Of a DNA stretch of 64,000 bases, positions 28,355 through 38,854 are shown piece after piece; the first letter of the stretch is position 1, and the number at the start of each line of letters is the position of its first letter. The position numbers and the translations under genes are program-made. The notes under the pieces are model-generated. The model saw nothing but the letters and a program-made list of their open reading frames with translations, made no database searches and was not told the DNA's origin. Source of the DNA: Bacillota bacterium (lineage in GTDB: Bacteria > Bacillota > Limnochordia > JAAZLZ01); NCBI GenBank assembly GCA_012521755.1, contig JAAYLV010000001.1:2014-66013 (forward strand). The letters are read 5' to 3'.

Positions 28355-29596
28355 TTGTACCAGAAAACGATCTTGCCAAACGGAATCAGAGTCGTTACGG
28401 AGACGATCCCGTACGTTAGAACGGTGTCTTTAGGGTTTTGGTTCCGCACAGGCTCAAGGAACGAAACGGTAGAAAACAACGGCATTTCTCATCTAATCGA
28501 GCACTTAATGTTTAAGGGCACATCAACCCGCTCTGCCCGGGAGATAGCTGAACTGATTGATGCCGCGGGCGGCCAGCTCAATGCCTTTACCGGCAAGGAG
28601 CGGACCTGTTACTATGCAAGGATCCTTGATGAACAGCTGCCTATGGCCGCGGAGTTGCTAGCTGATATGTTCTTAAACTCCGTCTTTGATCCGGAAGAGA
28701 TGGAAAAGGAAAAGAACGTCGTGATTGAAGAAATCCGGATGTGTGAGGACTCGCCCGATGAGCTGGTCCATGATCTTTTTGCTAGCGCCGTCTTGGGGGA
28801 CCATCCCTTGGGGTTGTCTGTCCTCGGCACTGAGGCGAACATCCGGGGGATGAAGCGGGAAGAGGTGCTGGAATTCATCACCGACTACTACGTCCCCGGC
28901 AATCTGGTGGTGGCCGCGGCCGGCAATGTTGCCCATGACCAGGTAGTTGATCAGGTCACCCGGTATTTTTCCGCCCTCCCTTCCCGTCCTTTGCCCAACA
29001 GCCTGGCGCCGGTGGACGAGCCGGGCAAGGCCGCCTTTAGATACAAAGACATTGAGCAAGTGCATCTTTGCATCGGGGGACTTGGCGTCCCTCGCCATGA
29101 TGAAGACAAGTTTGCCGTTTACGTCCTCGATGTGATCCTCGGGGGCGGCATGAGCTCCCGGCTGTTTCAACAGCTGCGGGAAGAACGGGGACTGGCTTAT
29201 TCCACCTACTCCTACCATACATGTTTCCAGGATGCCGGGGTCTTCGGCGTGTATGTGGGGACGGGGCCGGAAAATGTTCCCCAGGTGGTCCGGATAATTC
29301 AAGATGAGTTCGACCGGCTGATGCAAGAGGGGGTAACGCCAGAGGAACTCCATCGGGGGAAGGAGCAATTGAAGGGAAGTCTGATGCTCGGCCTGGAAAG
29401 CACTGCAGCCCGGATGAGCAGGATCGCGAAGTCGGAGTTGTTTTATGAGGCTATTTTGACCCCCGATGAAGTTGCGGCGAGAATCGATGCCGTCACCGTC
29501 GAAAGCGTTCAGCGAGTTGCCCAACGGTTGCTGTCGAGCCCGCTGACCGCCGCGGCTATTGGGCCCACGGAAGATGCCCTTTGGCAAGCTGGATAG
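28355..29596 (+). CDS. M16 family zinc peptidase (MlpA/YmxG-like); TTG start after GGGGGAGG RBS, longest ORF from 28325
   Basis: Inverted zinc motif HLIEHLMFKGT (HxxEH) and downstream Glu (EE...E). Confidence 0.85.
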   Translation: MYQKTILPNGIRVVTETIPYVRTVSLGFWFRTGSRNETVENNGISHLIEHLMFKGTSTRSAREIAELIDAAGGQLNAFTGKERTCYYARILDEQLPMAAELLADMFLNSVFDPEEMEKEKNVVIEEIRMCEDSPDELVHDLFASAVLGDHPLGLSVLGTEANIRGMKREEVLEFITDYYVPGNLVVAAAGNVAHDQVVDQVTRYFSALPSRPLPNSLAPVDEPGKAAFRYKDIEQVHLCIGGLGVPRHDEDKFAVYVLDVILGGGMSSRLFQQLREERGLAYSTYSYHTCFQDAGVFGVYVGTGPENVPQVVRIIQDEFDRLMQEGVTPEELHRGKEQLKGSLMLGLESTAARMSRIAKSELFYEAILTPDEVAARIDAVTVESVQRVAQRLLSSPLTAAAIGPTEDALWQAG

Positions 29597-29607
29597 GAGG
29601 TTGCTTT

Positions 29608-29973
29608 GTGGATCGACTTGAACACATTTTTCAGTTGCAGCGCAAGTTTGATGAGGAGCTCATCGAAAGCCGCGGGTTGCAGTACGATTTGTCCACCTGG
29701 CTGCAAAAAGAAACCCTCGCCATCGTTGCTGAGCTTGCCGAACTCCTCAACGAAGTCAATTTCAAGTGGTGGAAAAACCCCCAGCCTGTAGACCGAGAGA
29801 AGGTCAAGGAAGAGCTGGTGGACATCCTCCACTTCTTCGTCAGCATGTGCATTAAGTGCGACATCTCTCCAGAGGAACTCTACCAGGGTTATTTAGCCAA
29901 GAACGAAGAGAATTTCAAACGTCAGCATGGCACCTCTGCCCGCAGGGGATATGAGGCTCCTTCCCGCGATTGA
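29608..29973 (+). CDS. MazG-like nucleotide pyrophosphohydrolase (YpjD / dimeric dUTPase-like)
   Basis: All-alpha NTP-PPase signature ETLAIVAELAELLNEVNFKWWK and EELVDILHF. GTG start after AGGAGG. Confidence 0.55.
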   Translation: MDRLEHIFQLQRKFDEELIESRGLQYDLSTWLQKETLAIVAELAELLNEVNFKWWKNPQPVDREKVKEELVDILHFFVSMCIKCDISPEELYQGYLAKNEENFKRQHGTSARRGYEAPSRD

Positions 29974-30042
29974 CTGCTTAGCATCGATTTGTTAATCTAG
30001 ATTTAACCGGGCCCGCCGGCCCATGCTAAAGGGGGATTTAGC

Positions 30043-31311
30043 ATGTGGTATCAGCGGGTCCAATTGTTTCTGTACACCGGCATCATCTTGTTATTGTTAG
30101 CAAGTCCAGGAAGAGTGAACTTCGGTGTGCGTATGGAATGGGAGGAGGGTTTGCTCCGCCCGATTCTCCACTATGGCCGGGTGGGCTCCTTGACCCACGT
30201 AGAAGCAGAGTTGGGGCGAAAGTCCCAGGAGGAGTGGGGGCTATTGTCCGGGCGACTTGGAGTGGCGCCTGGCAATTGGAGTTTGCGGCTGATGTACAAT
30301 GATGAACATATCAGCTTCACCGATCCCTTCCGGATGGTGACGAAAGGCGTTCGCCGCGAGGATAGTTGTGGAGGAGTGCTGGTAGGGGATGTTGGCCGAC
30401 AACGGTTTGTCGGCCTTTATGTGCGTGACTTTCCCTATCCCCGCCGCACGGGCCACTTGGCAGGGACCCAATGGGAGTGGCGGGGCGATGGGCTTCACTT
30501 GGGCTGTGCCGGCATCGCCCAGCACCTGGAGGCGGACTGGTACGCGTGGATGTATAATGTCTACGCTCGCGCCCTCCTTGGCAAGCTGGAACTTGGGGGA
30601 GCTATCGGCAAGATCAACAGGGACGGTGAAGATGGGGCAGGTCTGGCTACCTTCCGCTATCCCACTTCTTGGGGTCACGTTTCCTGGACTTATCAACACA
30701 TCGGGGAAGGATGGCGATCTTGGGCCAACTGGGAAGATCCCTATCGGCGGGACAGGCGGGGTTCGACCGTGGGGATTCGCTGGCGCCACGATCGCTGGGG
30801 CCGGGTATTGCTCGAAGTTAAGCGGCTCACCGATCTGGCGGGTGTGCAAAGGGATGAAGGAATGGTCCTCGATTACTTGGGGTGGAAGATCCGGGACTGG
30901 CGCTGGCGGGTGCGCTTTGAAGATCGCAATGGTCAACATCGCCTAGAGACGGAAGCTTATCGCGGTCCTTGGAGCTGCGCTTTCGTGGCGGTGGAGCAGG
31001 CGGCGGGATGGGATCGGCGCGTCCGCGTCCGGGGGAAGATCCTTCCCTGGCTGTCCGCGGCAGTGGGATTTCAAGAGTTGGAAAGACGTTGGCGGCTTCA
31101 GCTTGACCTGCAAGTGAAGGAATGGACGGTGCGGGGGATTGGCAAGGTCCGGCAGCGGGAAGATAAGAACCGCTATTACTACCTGCGGGCCGCGCGGGAG
31201 TTTGGACGGAGCCAGGTATTCCTGGAGCTTGGACGCTACGACCGGGGTCGGCTCGATGCTTACTGGGTTCCCGAAAAAACAGTCAACTTGGGTTGGGAGA
31301 TATCCTTTTGA
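30043..31311 (+). CDS. Hypothetical Trp/Arg-rich secreted protein, beta-barrel-like (C-terminal ...NLGWEISF)
   Basis: Signal-peptide-like N-terminus, very high W/R/G content, alternating-strand patterns, C-terminal Phe. No recognisable family. Confidence 0.4.
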   Translation: MWYQRVQLFLYTGIILLLLASPGRVNFGVRMEWEEGLLRPILHYGRVGSLTHVEAELGRKSQEEWGLLSGRLGVAPGNWSLRLMYNDEHISFTDPFRMVTKGVRREDSCGGVLVGDVGRQRFVGLYVRDFPYPRRTGHLAGTQWEWRGDGLHLGCAGIAQHLEADWYAWMYNVYARALLGKLELGGAIGKINRDGEDGAGLATFRYPTSWGHVSWTYQHIGEGWRSWANWEDPYRRDRRGSTVGIRWRHDRWGRVLLEVKRLTDLAGVQRDEGMVLDYLGWKIRDWRWRVRFEDRNGQHRLETEAYRGPWSCAFVAVEQAAGWDRRVRVRGKILPWLSAAVGFQELERRWRLQLDLQVKEWTVRGIGKVRQREDKNRYYYLRAAREFGRSQVFLELGRYDRGRLDAYWVPEKTVNLGWEISF

Positions 31312-31343
31312 GGGGGTGCATACACTTGAAGGGGGTGATGGGA

Positions 31344-31598
31344 ATGCTTTACTCGGAGCTAGCCGGAAAGGAGATTATCAGCATCGACGAGGGGATTCGC
31401 CTGGGGCTGCTCGATCGGGCTGATGCGATCATTGATACGGAAACGGGACGATTGACGGCGCTCATCCTCCCTGTTCCCGGTGCCCGCCGCTTTGACCGGA
31501 AAAGGTGGATGATGTTGCCGTGGCACGGGATCAAGAAAATTGGACTGGACTTGTTGATCGTTGATATGTCCCAGGCTCGGGATGTGGGCAAGCCCTGA
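31344..31598 (+). CDS. YlmC/YmxH family sporulation protein (PRC barrel)
   Basis: MLYSELAGKEIISIDEGIRLGLL...DTETGRLTALIL. RBS GGGGGTGATGGGA. Confidence 0.75.
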   Translation: MLYSELAGKEIISIDEGIRLGLLDRADAIIDTETGRLTALILPVPGARRFDRKRWMMLPWHGIKKIGLDLLIVDMSQARDVGKP

Positions 31599-31669
31599 TG
31601 TATAGCTGTCCCGTTGGTGGGCACAATAGTGGAGCGAAGTTACTACCAGGAAGGGGGACTTGCTCACTT

Positions 31670-32158
31670 ATGGGAAAAGTAATTGCGACCTTCAATTCCC
31701 GCAATCAGGCGGAAGAAGCAGTCAGCGCCATGCGGGACAAGGGTCTTAACCCAGAAGAGATCTCCATTGTGGCTAAGACCGCGGGTAAGAAAGGCCGCGG
31801 CGATATGGAAACGGGCGGCGAAATGGGAGCTATGGACGTGTCCGAGGGAACCGCGTGGGGCGGAGCCCTCGGTGGGTTGACCGGCTTGCTGGCGGGTGCG
31901 GGAGCGCTAGCCATTCCCGGCATCGGCCCCATCGTTGCCGCTGGGCCTTTGGCGGCGACCTTGTCGGGAGCAGTGGCCGGTGGGGTGGCCGGGGGTCTCA
32001 TTGACCTTGGCATTCCCGAAGACCGTGGCCGTTACTACGAGGAAGAAGTCAAGCGGGGCAAGATCCTGGCAGTGATCGAGTCCGATGATGAGAGCAAGCT
32101 GGACGATGCTGTCGATGTTTTGAAGGAGTATGGAGCAGACGATGTAGAGACCCATTAA
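31670..32158 (+). CDS. General stress protein, YflT/DUF1269-like (glycine-zipper segment)
   Basis: MGKVIATFNSRNQAEEAVSAMRDKGLNPEEISIV... then a Gly/Ala-rich zipper and an acidic C-terminus. Confidence 0.5.
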   Translation: MGKVIATFNSRNQAEEAVSAMRDKGLNPEEISIVAKTAGKKGRGDMETGGEMGAMDVSEGTAWGGALGGLTGLLAGAGALAIPGIGPIVAAGPLAATLSGAVAGGVAGGLIDLGIPEDRGRYYEEEVKRGKILAVIESDDESKLDDAVDVLKEYGADDVETH

Positions 32159-32182
32159 CAAGACCTGTTAGTGGATGCAGAA

Positions 32183-32210
32183 AGGCCGTTTAACGGTCTT
32201 TTTGCGCGTC
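32183..32210 (+). terminator. Rho-independent terminator
   Basis: aggccgtttaacggtc followed by tttttg. Confidence 0.5.
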
Positions 32211-32302
32211 TGGACCTTTGCTTGACAGGCAGAATCTTTTGTAGGAAAATGGAGGCAACATACAGGCAATGGGCATGTTCTTGCTTAAGGGGAGGATCGC
32301 CA

Positions 32303-33112
32303 GTGGCAATTAGGGTGGTCGTCAGCGGCGCCGGGGGACGGATGGGTCGACATGTTCTCAAGGAAGTAATCAATGCGGCGGATTTGGAGTTGGTGGGGGG
32401 AGTTGATCCTGCCCACCTGGGGGAAGACCTCGGCATCCTCGCTGGCATGAGTCCCTTGGGGATATCTGTCCAGAAGGATCTTGTCACCACCTTGAGGGCA
32501 AGCAAGGCCGATGTCATGGTCGATTTCACCACGCCCATGGTAGCCTTTGACAATATCGTTGCTGCTGTCGAATGCGGCGTCCGCCCAGTAGTTGGCACGA
32601 CGGGGATGGGCCAGGCGGAGCTGGAGCGGATCCGGGAACTGTGTGATGAGCGGGACATCGGCTGCGTGATTGCCCCGAATTTTGCCCTGGGAGCCGTAGT
32701 GATGATGCATCTGTGCAAGATAGCCGCCCCCTATTTTCCTCAAGTTGAAATCATTGAGCTCCATCATGACCAGAAAATCGATGCGCCCTCCGGCACCGCC
32801 ATCAAGACGGCGGAGATGATCCTCAGCAATCGCTCCGGCGGCAGCGAAAAAGACCAAGGCCAAGATTTTGTGGAGAAAGTGAAAGGTGTGCGGGGCGGCA
32901 ATTTTGGCGGTGTTCAGATTCATAGCGTTCGCCTGCCGGGACTAGTTGCCCACCAGGAAGTCATTTTCGGTTTGGAGGGACAGACGGTCACCATTCGCCA
33001 CGACTCCTTCAGCCGCGACTCCTTCATGCCTGGAGTGTTGCTGGCCGTTCGGCGGGTTGGCGCGATCAAGGGGGTGATGTATGGTCTAGAAGGGCTGCTG
33101 TTTGCGGATTAG
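32303..33112 (+). CDS. dapB: 4-hydroxy-tetrahydrodipicolinate reductase
   Basis: GTG start after AAGGGGAGG; VVVSGAGGRMGR NAD(P)-binding motif and DapB C-terminal domain. Confidence 0.9.
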   Translation: MAIRVVVSGAGGRMGRHVLKEVINAADLELVGGVDPAHLGEDLGILAGMSPLGISVQKDLVTTLRASKADVMVDFTTPMVAFDNIVAAVECGVRPVVGTTGMGQAELERIRELCDERDIGCVIAPNFALGAVVMMHLCKIAAPYFPQVEIIELHHDQKIDAPSGTAIKTAEMILSNRSGGSEKDQGQDFVEKVKGVRGGNFGGVQIHSVRLPGLVAHQEVIFGLEGQTVTIRHDSFSRDSFMPGVLLAVRRVGAIKGVMYGLEGLLFAD

Positions 33113-33193
33113 CCTGGACAAGCACCCCCTCCTGCAAGCCATCATATACTAAAACCAAGCTGGTCTCGTCGTTTGGCAGGAGGAGGAGAAGCA

Positions 33194-34105
33194 ATGGCTG
33201 GGCGACTCGTGGGAATCCGCATCGCCCTCTTAGGTGGCGATGGTAGGGAGATTGAATTGCTGCGCACTTTGGCGGCTGAGGGGGCAACGGTAAAGGCGAT
33301 CGCCTATCCCCCAGAGTCCCTACCCCCAGGGGATGTGGAAGCAGTGGCCGATCCCCTCGAAGGGGTAGATGGTGTGGACATCGTCATTGCCCCCATGAGC
33401 AACACCGACCAAGATGGCTGGATTAGGTCCTGTCCCCTACCTGGAGCGCGTATTTGTTTGAATGATGAATTGTGCAGTCGCTTGGCGCCGGGCACACCGC
33501 TCTTGATCGGCGTGGCGAAGCCTACCGTTAAGGAGCTGGCCCGTCGGTATCAGTTGCGACTGGTGGAGACGGCCGAGGATGACGTAATTGCCATCCTAAA
33601 CTCCATCCCTACCGCGGAAGGCGCCGTCCAATTGGCCATGGAGCGTTTGCCCGTGACCATCCATGGCAGTACCTGTGTGGTGGTCGGCTTCGGTCGTTGC
33701 GGGGTAACCCTGGGACGGTTGTTGGCCGCCATGGGGGCCCAAGTGGTGATTGTTGCCCGCAATCCTGTCCAGTTGGCCCGGGCCCGGGAGATGGGCTTGG
33801 AAGCCCGCAATTTGACTGAACTGTCCGAAGTAGCCGCGAAGGCTCAGGTAATCTTTAATACCGTTCCCCACCTAGTAATCACCGAAAAGGTCTTGGAAGC
33901 ACTCCCTGAAGGGGCATTGGTCATTGATTTGGCCTCCCACCCTGGCGGGACTGACTTCGCCGCTGCTAGGCGTCTCGGCATTGAAGCTGAGTTGGCGTTG
34001 GGTCTCCCGGGGAAGGTGGCACCTTTATCGGCTGGCAGGATACTGGCCGAGACCTATCCAGACATGATCCTCCGCTTGCTGGGCGACAGGACTGGCGAAC
34101 GTTAA
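33194..34105 (+). CDS. dpaA: Dipicolinate synthase subunit A
   Basis: ATG after AGGAGGAG; Rossmann-like (VVVGFGRCGVTLGRLLAAMGAQV). Followed by dpaB-asd-lysC-dapA, the spoVF arrangement. Confidence 0.85.
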   Translation: MAGRLVGIRIALLGGDGREIELLRTLAAEGATVKAIAYPPESLPPGDVEAVADPLEGVDGVDIVIAPMSNTDQDGWIRSCPLPGARICLNDELCSRLAPGTPLLIGVAKPTVKELARRYQLRLVETAEDDVIAILNSIPTAEGAVQLAMERLPVTIHGSTCVVVGFGRCGVTLGRLLAAMGAQVVIVARNPVQLARAREMGLEARNLTELSEVAAKAQVIFNTVPHLVITEKVLEALPEGALVIDLASHPGGTDFAAARRLGIEAELALGLPGKVAPLSAGRILAETYPDMILRLLGDRTGER

Positions 34106-34118
34106 GGGGGGATTCAAT

Positions 34119-34709
34119 GTGGATCTGACGAATGTAAGGGTTGGATTCGCGATGACGGGCTCCTATTGTACGTTCGCTGAAGTCATACCCCAGGTCGAGG
34201 CCTTGGTTGCAGCGGGTGCAGATGTGATTCCCATCATTTCCACGGAAGTGGCCCAGGTAGACACACGATTTGGCACAGCGGATCATTGGCGGGGATTACT
34301 CGAGCAGTTGACTGGCAAAGAACCCCTCGATACCATCGTTGACTCGGAACCTATCGGACCGCAAGGGCTGTTAGATGTGTTGGTCATAGCTCCTTGCACC
34401 GGCAATACCCTTAGCAAGCTGGCCAACGCTATTACCGACTCCCCGGTGTTGATGGCGGCGAAGGCCCATTTGCGCAATAACCGGCCGGTGGTCGTAGCGA
34501 TTTCCACTAACGATGGACTTGGGGCCAATGCGAAAAATTTGGGCGTTTTGTTAAACGCAAGGAATATCTACATGGTTCCCTTTGGGCAGGATAACCCTGT
34601 GGACAAGGCTTGTTCCCTTGTTGCCGACATGCGATTAATTATCCCGACCATAGTCGAAGCTTTGCAAGGGAAGCAGATTCAACCGGTCCTTATCCAGTAC
34701 AAGTCGTGA
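34119..34709 (+). CDS. dpaB: Dipicolinate synthase subunit B (flavoprotein)
   Basis: 196 aa flavoprotein fold (GFAMTGSYCTF..., APCTGNTLSKLANAITD). Confidence 0.85.
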   Translation: MDLTNVRVGFAMTGSYCTFAEVIPQVEALVAAGADVIPIISTEVAQVDTRFGTADHWRGLLEQLTGKEPLDTIVDSEPIGPQGLLDVLVIAPCTGNTLSKLANAITDSPVLMAAKAHLRNNRPVVVAISTNDGLGANAKNLGVLLNARNIYMVPFGQDNPVDKACSLVADMRLIIPTIVEALQGKQIQPVLIQYKS

Positions 34710-34743
34710 GTGAACGAAATCTGTCAAAAGAGGCGATATTCCA

Positions 34744-35778
34744 GTGAGCAACTACAACGTGGCTATCTTAGGTGCAACCGGAGTTGTTGGTCAAGAATTA
34801 GTGCAGATTCTCCTGGAAAGACGTTTTCCCATGGGTAAGCTGCGACTCTTGGCTTCTGCCCGTTCCGCGGGGCGAGAGTTGAACGTGGATGGGGAAAGGA
34901 TGATCATCGAGGAAGTCACCCCCGAGTCTTTTGCCGGGGTCGATCTTGCCTTTTTCACTGCGGGGGCAAGTGTGAGCCGAGAATTCGTTGACGCCGCGCG
35001 GAAAGCCGGAACGGTGGTCATCGACAATACTAGTGCTTTTCGGATGGATCCCGCGGTTCCGCTAATAGTGCCCGAGGTGAATGCCAAGGATATCCACCAG
35101 CATCAGGGCGTCATCGCCAATCCAAACTGCTCAACCATCATCATGGTGGTTCCCCTAAAGCCCCTCCACGACCGGGCTCGGATCAAGCGGATCGTGGTGT
35201 CAACTTATCAAGCGGTGTCGGGAGCTGGAGCTGCGGCGATGGATGAACTGGTCGAACAGGTGAAATCCTACGCCGCGGGGCGTCCCTTGGAAGCCAAGGT
35301 CCTGCCCTATAAGAGTGCGCCAAAACACTATCAGATAGCTTTCAATCTTATTCCCCACATCGATTCTTTCGCGGAGGACGGCTACACCAAGGAAGAATGG
35401 AAGATGGTTAACGAAACCCAGAAAATCTTCGGGGATAAGACCATCCAGGTTACGGCGACGACAGTGCGGGTGCCCGTCTTGCGGAGTCATTCGGAGAGCG
35501 TCAACGTTGAGTTTGCCAAGCCCATCAGCCCTGAGGAGGCCAAGGCACTCCTTGCCGACGCATCGGGAGTTGTGGTCCAAGATGACCCCGAGGTGATGGA
35601 GTATCCCATGCCGCTAGATGTCGCCGATCAAGATCCGGTTTACGTTGGACGCATTAGGGTGGATCGGACGGTACCCCACGGTTTGAACCTGTGGGTAGTG
35701 GGGGATCAGATTCGCAAAGGAGCGGCCCTAAACTCTGTTCAGATTGCCGAGTACATGGTGGCTAATGGTTTATTGTAA
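34744..35778 (+). CDS. asd: Aspartate-semialdehyde dehydrogenase
   Basis: NVAILGATGVVGQEL, active site NPNCSTI. Confidence 0.95.
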   Translation: MSNYNVAILGATGVVGQELVQILLERRFPMGKLRLLASARSAGRELNVDGERMIIEEVTPESFAGVDLAFFTAGASVSREFVDAARKAGTVVIDNTSAFRMDPAVPLIVPEVNAKDIHQHQGVIANPNCSTIIMVVPLKPLHDRARIKRIVVSTYQAVSGAGAAAMDELVEQVKSYAAGRPLEAKVLPYKSAPKHYQIAFNLIPHIDSFAEDGYTKEEWKMVNETQKIFGDKTIQVTATTVRVPVLRSHSESVNVEFAKPISPEEAKALLADASGVVVQDDPEVMEYPMPLDVADQDPVYVGRIRVDRTVPHGLNLWVVGDQIRKGAALNSVQIAEYMVANGLL

Positions 35779-35792
35779 AGTGGGGGAGAGCG

Positions 35793-36980
35793 ATGAGGAT
35801 CATCGTTCAGAAGTTCGGTGGAACATCAGTGGCCACCTCGGAAGGACGGGAGAAGTGTCGGCGGCGGGTGACAGAGTCCATCGAACAAGGTTATCGGCCT
35901 GTGGTGGTGGTATCCGCCATGGGTCGGAAGGGCCAGCCCTATGCAACAGATACCTTGCTTGACTTGGCAGGCGATTTGGTTGGGGAGCGAGAGCTGGACC
36001 TGCTCATGTCCTGTGGCGAGATCATCTCCGCAGTGGTCTTCTGCCGCACTCTCCGGGAGGAAGGGTACCCTTGTGTTGCTCTGACGGGGGGGCAGGCGGG
36101 GATCATCACGGATAGTTCACACACCAATGCGCGGATTCTAAGGGTCGTTCCCGAACGTCTACACAGGGAACTCGCCGATGGGAAGATCGTGGTGGTCGCT
36201 GGTTTTCAAGGAATGACCGCGGACGGGGAGATTACCACCTTGGGCAGGGGCGGCAGCGATACGACGGCTGCCGCTTTGGCAGCTGCCCTAAAGGCTGAGC
36301 TCGCCGAAATCTACACCGACGTAGATGGCGTAATGACTGCCGATCCGCGCCTGGTGCCCGAGGCGCAGGTGCTCACCCGCGTGAGCTACCAGGAGATTAT
36401 GGAGATGGCCCATTTGGGAGCGAAGGTAATCCACCCACGGGCTGTGGAAATAGCCATGGAGGGCCAGATTCCCTTAGCCGTGAAGGGACTGGACGGCCAA
36501 GGCAATGGGACGTTGATTGGCAGCTATCACACCGTCACTGCCGATCGGGTCGTCACGGGCATCACCCACCTTAAGGGTCTTGCCCAATTCATACTCCGGT
36601 TCAACGATGAGGATCTAAGTTTAGTAGTCTTCCAGCGCTTAGGCAATGCCCAGATAAGCATCGATCTTATTCAAGTCAATCCTGGCCTGATTGCTTTTAC
36701 TGTTTTACAGTCAGCCGCTGAGAAGGCCCGCAATGTCCTAGGAGATCTTCCCATGGAAGTGGAAGTAAGATCTGGGTTCGCCAAAGTCTCAGCGGTGGGA
36801 GGCGGCATGCGTGGTGTGCCGGGGGTCATGGCTCGTGTGGTCGCCGCGCTAAACAGGGTCGGGGTAAGGATCCATCAGACCGCCGACTCCCATACCAACA
36901 TTTCCTGCTTGGTCGAGGAATCAGACGCTGAGAAAGCTGTACGTGCACTGCACGATGAGTTTAATGCCAGAGCAAAATGA
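35793..36980 (+). CDS. dapG: Aspartate kinase (DapG-type, with ACT domains)
   Basis: [13 protein letters not shown]..., C-terminal ACT repeats. Confidence 0.9.
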   Translation: MRIIVQKFGGTSVATSEGREKCRRRVTESIEQGYRPVVVVSAMGRKGQPYATDTLLDLAGDLVGERELDLLMSCGEIISAVVFCRTLREEGYPCVALTGGQAGIITDSSHTNARILRVVPERLHRELADGKIVVVAGFQGMTADGEITTLGRGGSDTTAAALAAALKAELAEIYTDVDGVMTADPRLVPEAQVLTRVSYQEIMEMAHLGAKVIHPRAVEIAMEGQIPLAVKGLDGQGNGTLIGSYHTVTADRVVTGITHLKGLAQFILRFNDEDLSLVVFQRLGNAQISIDLIQVNPGLIAFTVLQSAAEKARNVLGDLPMEVEVRSGFAKVSAVGGGMRGVPGVMARVVAALNRVGVRIHQTADSHTNISCLVEESDAEKAVRALHDEFNARAK

Positions 36981-37885
36981 TTTACAGGGGGTGGAATGGC
37001 GTGAGAAAGTTCGGTAACCTGATTACGGCCATGGTTACTCCTTTCAAGGATGACTTGTCCGTCGATTATGATCAGGCGGCCCAGTTAGCGACGCGGCTGG
37101 TGGAATCGGGTTCCGACGGGGTCGTCGTCTGCGGCACGACGGGAGAGTCGCCAACGCTTAGTTTTGAGGAGAAGGTGGGGCTGTACCAGGCGGTTACCGA
37201 AGCAATCGGAGGTAAGGCGGTCGTCATTGCCGGGACGGGTTCCTACGATACGGCAGGCAGCATTAAGCTGACACAGGCCGCGGAAAAGGTGGGTGTGGAC
37301 GGGATCATGCTGGTGGTCCCGTATTACAACAAGCCCCCCCAGGAGGGCCTCTATCAGCATTTCAAAGCGATTGCCGAAAGTACTGAGCTTCCCGTGATGC
37401 TCTATAACGTACCGGGACGGACCAGTCAGAATCTATTGCCTGATACCATCGCGCGCTTGACGGAACTTGATAACGTGGTAGCTGTGAAGGAAGCTAGCGG
37501 CAACATGGAGCAGGTGGCGGAAATCCGCCGCAAGACTCCCGAGAGTTTTGCCATCTACAGTGGGGATGACAGTCTAACCCTGCCTGTCATGTCTGTTGGC
37601 GGCATTGGTGTCGTTAGCGTCGCCAGCCATGTAGTTGGCCGCCGCATGAAAGAGATGATCAAGTCCTTCTTGAGCGGGGACGTACAGGAAGCGACCCGGA
37701 TTCACCTTGAGCTGTTGCCCTTGTTCAAGGTGATGTTCATCACCACCAATCCGATCCCCGTCAAAGCCGCTCTCAACCTCAGCGGGTTTGACGTGGGAGG
37801 CTATCGTCCGCCCTTGGTTGAACCGACCAATGAACAGCGTGATGCGATTCGTGATTGCTTGAGAGAACTTGGCTTGTTGGACTAG
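36977..37885 (+). CDS. dapA: 4-hydroxy-tetrahydrodipicolinate synthase
   Basis: TAMVTPF, GTTGES, and the catalytic Lys context VAVKEASGN. Confidence 0.9.
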   Translation: MIYRGWNGVRKFGNLITAMVTPFKDDLSVDYDQAAQLATRLVESGSDGVVVCGTTGESPTLSFEEKVGLYQAVTEAIGGKAVVIAGTGSYDTAGSIKLTQAAEKVGVDGIMLVVPYYNKPPQEGLYQHFKAIAESTELPVMLYNVPGRTSQNLLPDTIARLTELDNVVAVKEASGNMEQVAEIRRKTPESFAIYSGDDSLTLPVMSVGGIGVVSVASHVVGRRMKEMIKSFLSGDVQEATRIHLELLPLFKVMFITTNPIPVKAALNLSGFDVGGYRPPLVEPTNEQRDAIRDCLRELGLLD

Positions 37886-37892
37886 CGAAAGC

Positions 37893-37925
37893 TGACCTAG
37901 CGCCCTTCGGGGCGCTTTTGTCGTA
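37893..37925 (+). terminator. Rho-independent terminator after dapA
   Basis: agcgcccttcggggcgct followed by tttgtcg. Confidence 0.6.
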
Positions 37926-38126
37926 TATGGGGGCGTTGCCCGGCCCGTGTTAGATTGCGTCGAAAAGACGATATCACGAAATTTTCGGGCTGGTTGGCAC
38001 GTTTTCTTGCGGGACAAGCCGCTAAGTGCCTCGAAAATCGTCTAGTGACCCTTTACAGACCGATATGCCTTAAGTATACTTATTGTATACAGGGCGAATC
38101 TTCCGGCATTGCAAGAGGATGGGTGA

Positions 38127-38775
38127 TATGCGGCCAATTACTTTAAGAGATATGGCTTATGCTAAGATTAGGAAAAAGATCCTTACTGGGGAGTATGCGC
38201 CGGGTCATTTTCTCGCCGAAGGCGCATTGGCCGAGGAAATCGGTGTGAGCCGCACACCCATTCGGGAAGCCCTTGAAAGACTTCGCAAGGAGAAACTAGT
38301 GCGACGGGTTGCTGGGCGAGGAGTCTTTGTCAGTGAAATCCGCGTCCAGGATGTTCGTGAACTCTTTGAGGTGCGGGAAGCACTGGAGTGTTTGGCCATC
38401 AGGCTGGCCATCGACTTCATTCCCGAAGACTCGCTAACTGAATTCCAAGAGACGTTTTTGGATATCCAAGCCCGGGAGGCCAATCAAGAGAGAATACCTT
38501 TGGAGACCCAGATAGCCGTTGACCGGCACTTCCATGAATTCATTGCTCATCAATCACAGAATCAACTGCTCATCCAATTTCTCGGGGACATTTTCAACCA
38601 TAATGAAAGGATTATGGCTCTAACAACTCGGATACCAACGCGGTTTCGGGCCAGTTGCCGCGAGCATTTGGCCATCATCGAGGCTCTTAAGAACAAGGAT
38701 GTCGCTAGTGCCGAGGGCGCGATGCGCAGTCATATCAGAGCGGGACGCGACCAGGCGTTAGAGATCTCATCTTGA
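38127..38775 (+). CDS. GntR family (FadR/FCD subfamily) transcriptional regulator
   Basis: Winged HTH (LAEEIGVSRTPIREALERL) plus FCD domain. Confidence 0.8.
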
Positions 38776-38854
38776 GGGGGTGGGCAACAGACTCTTTTGA
38801 ATTATCATTGTTAACGCGTAAACGAGTTATTAACAGGAAAGGGGCGAGTTCTTA

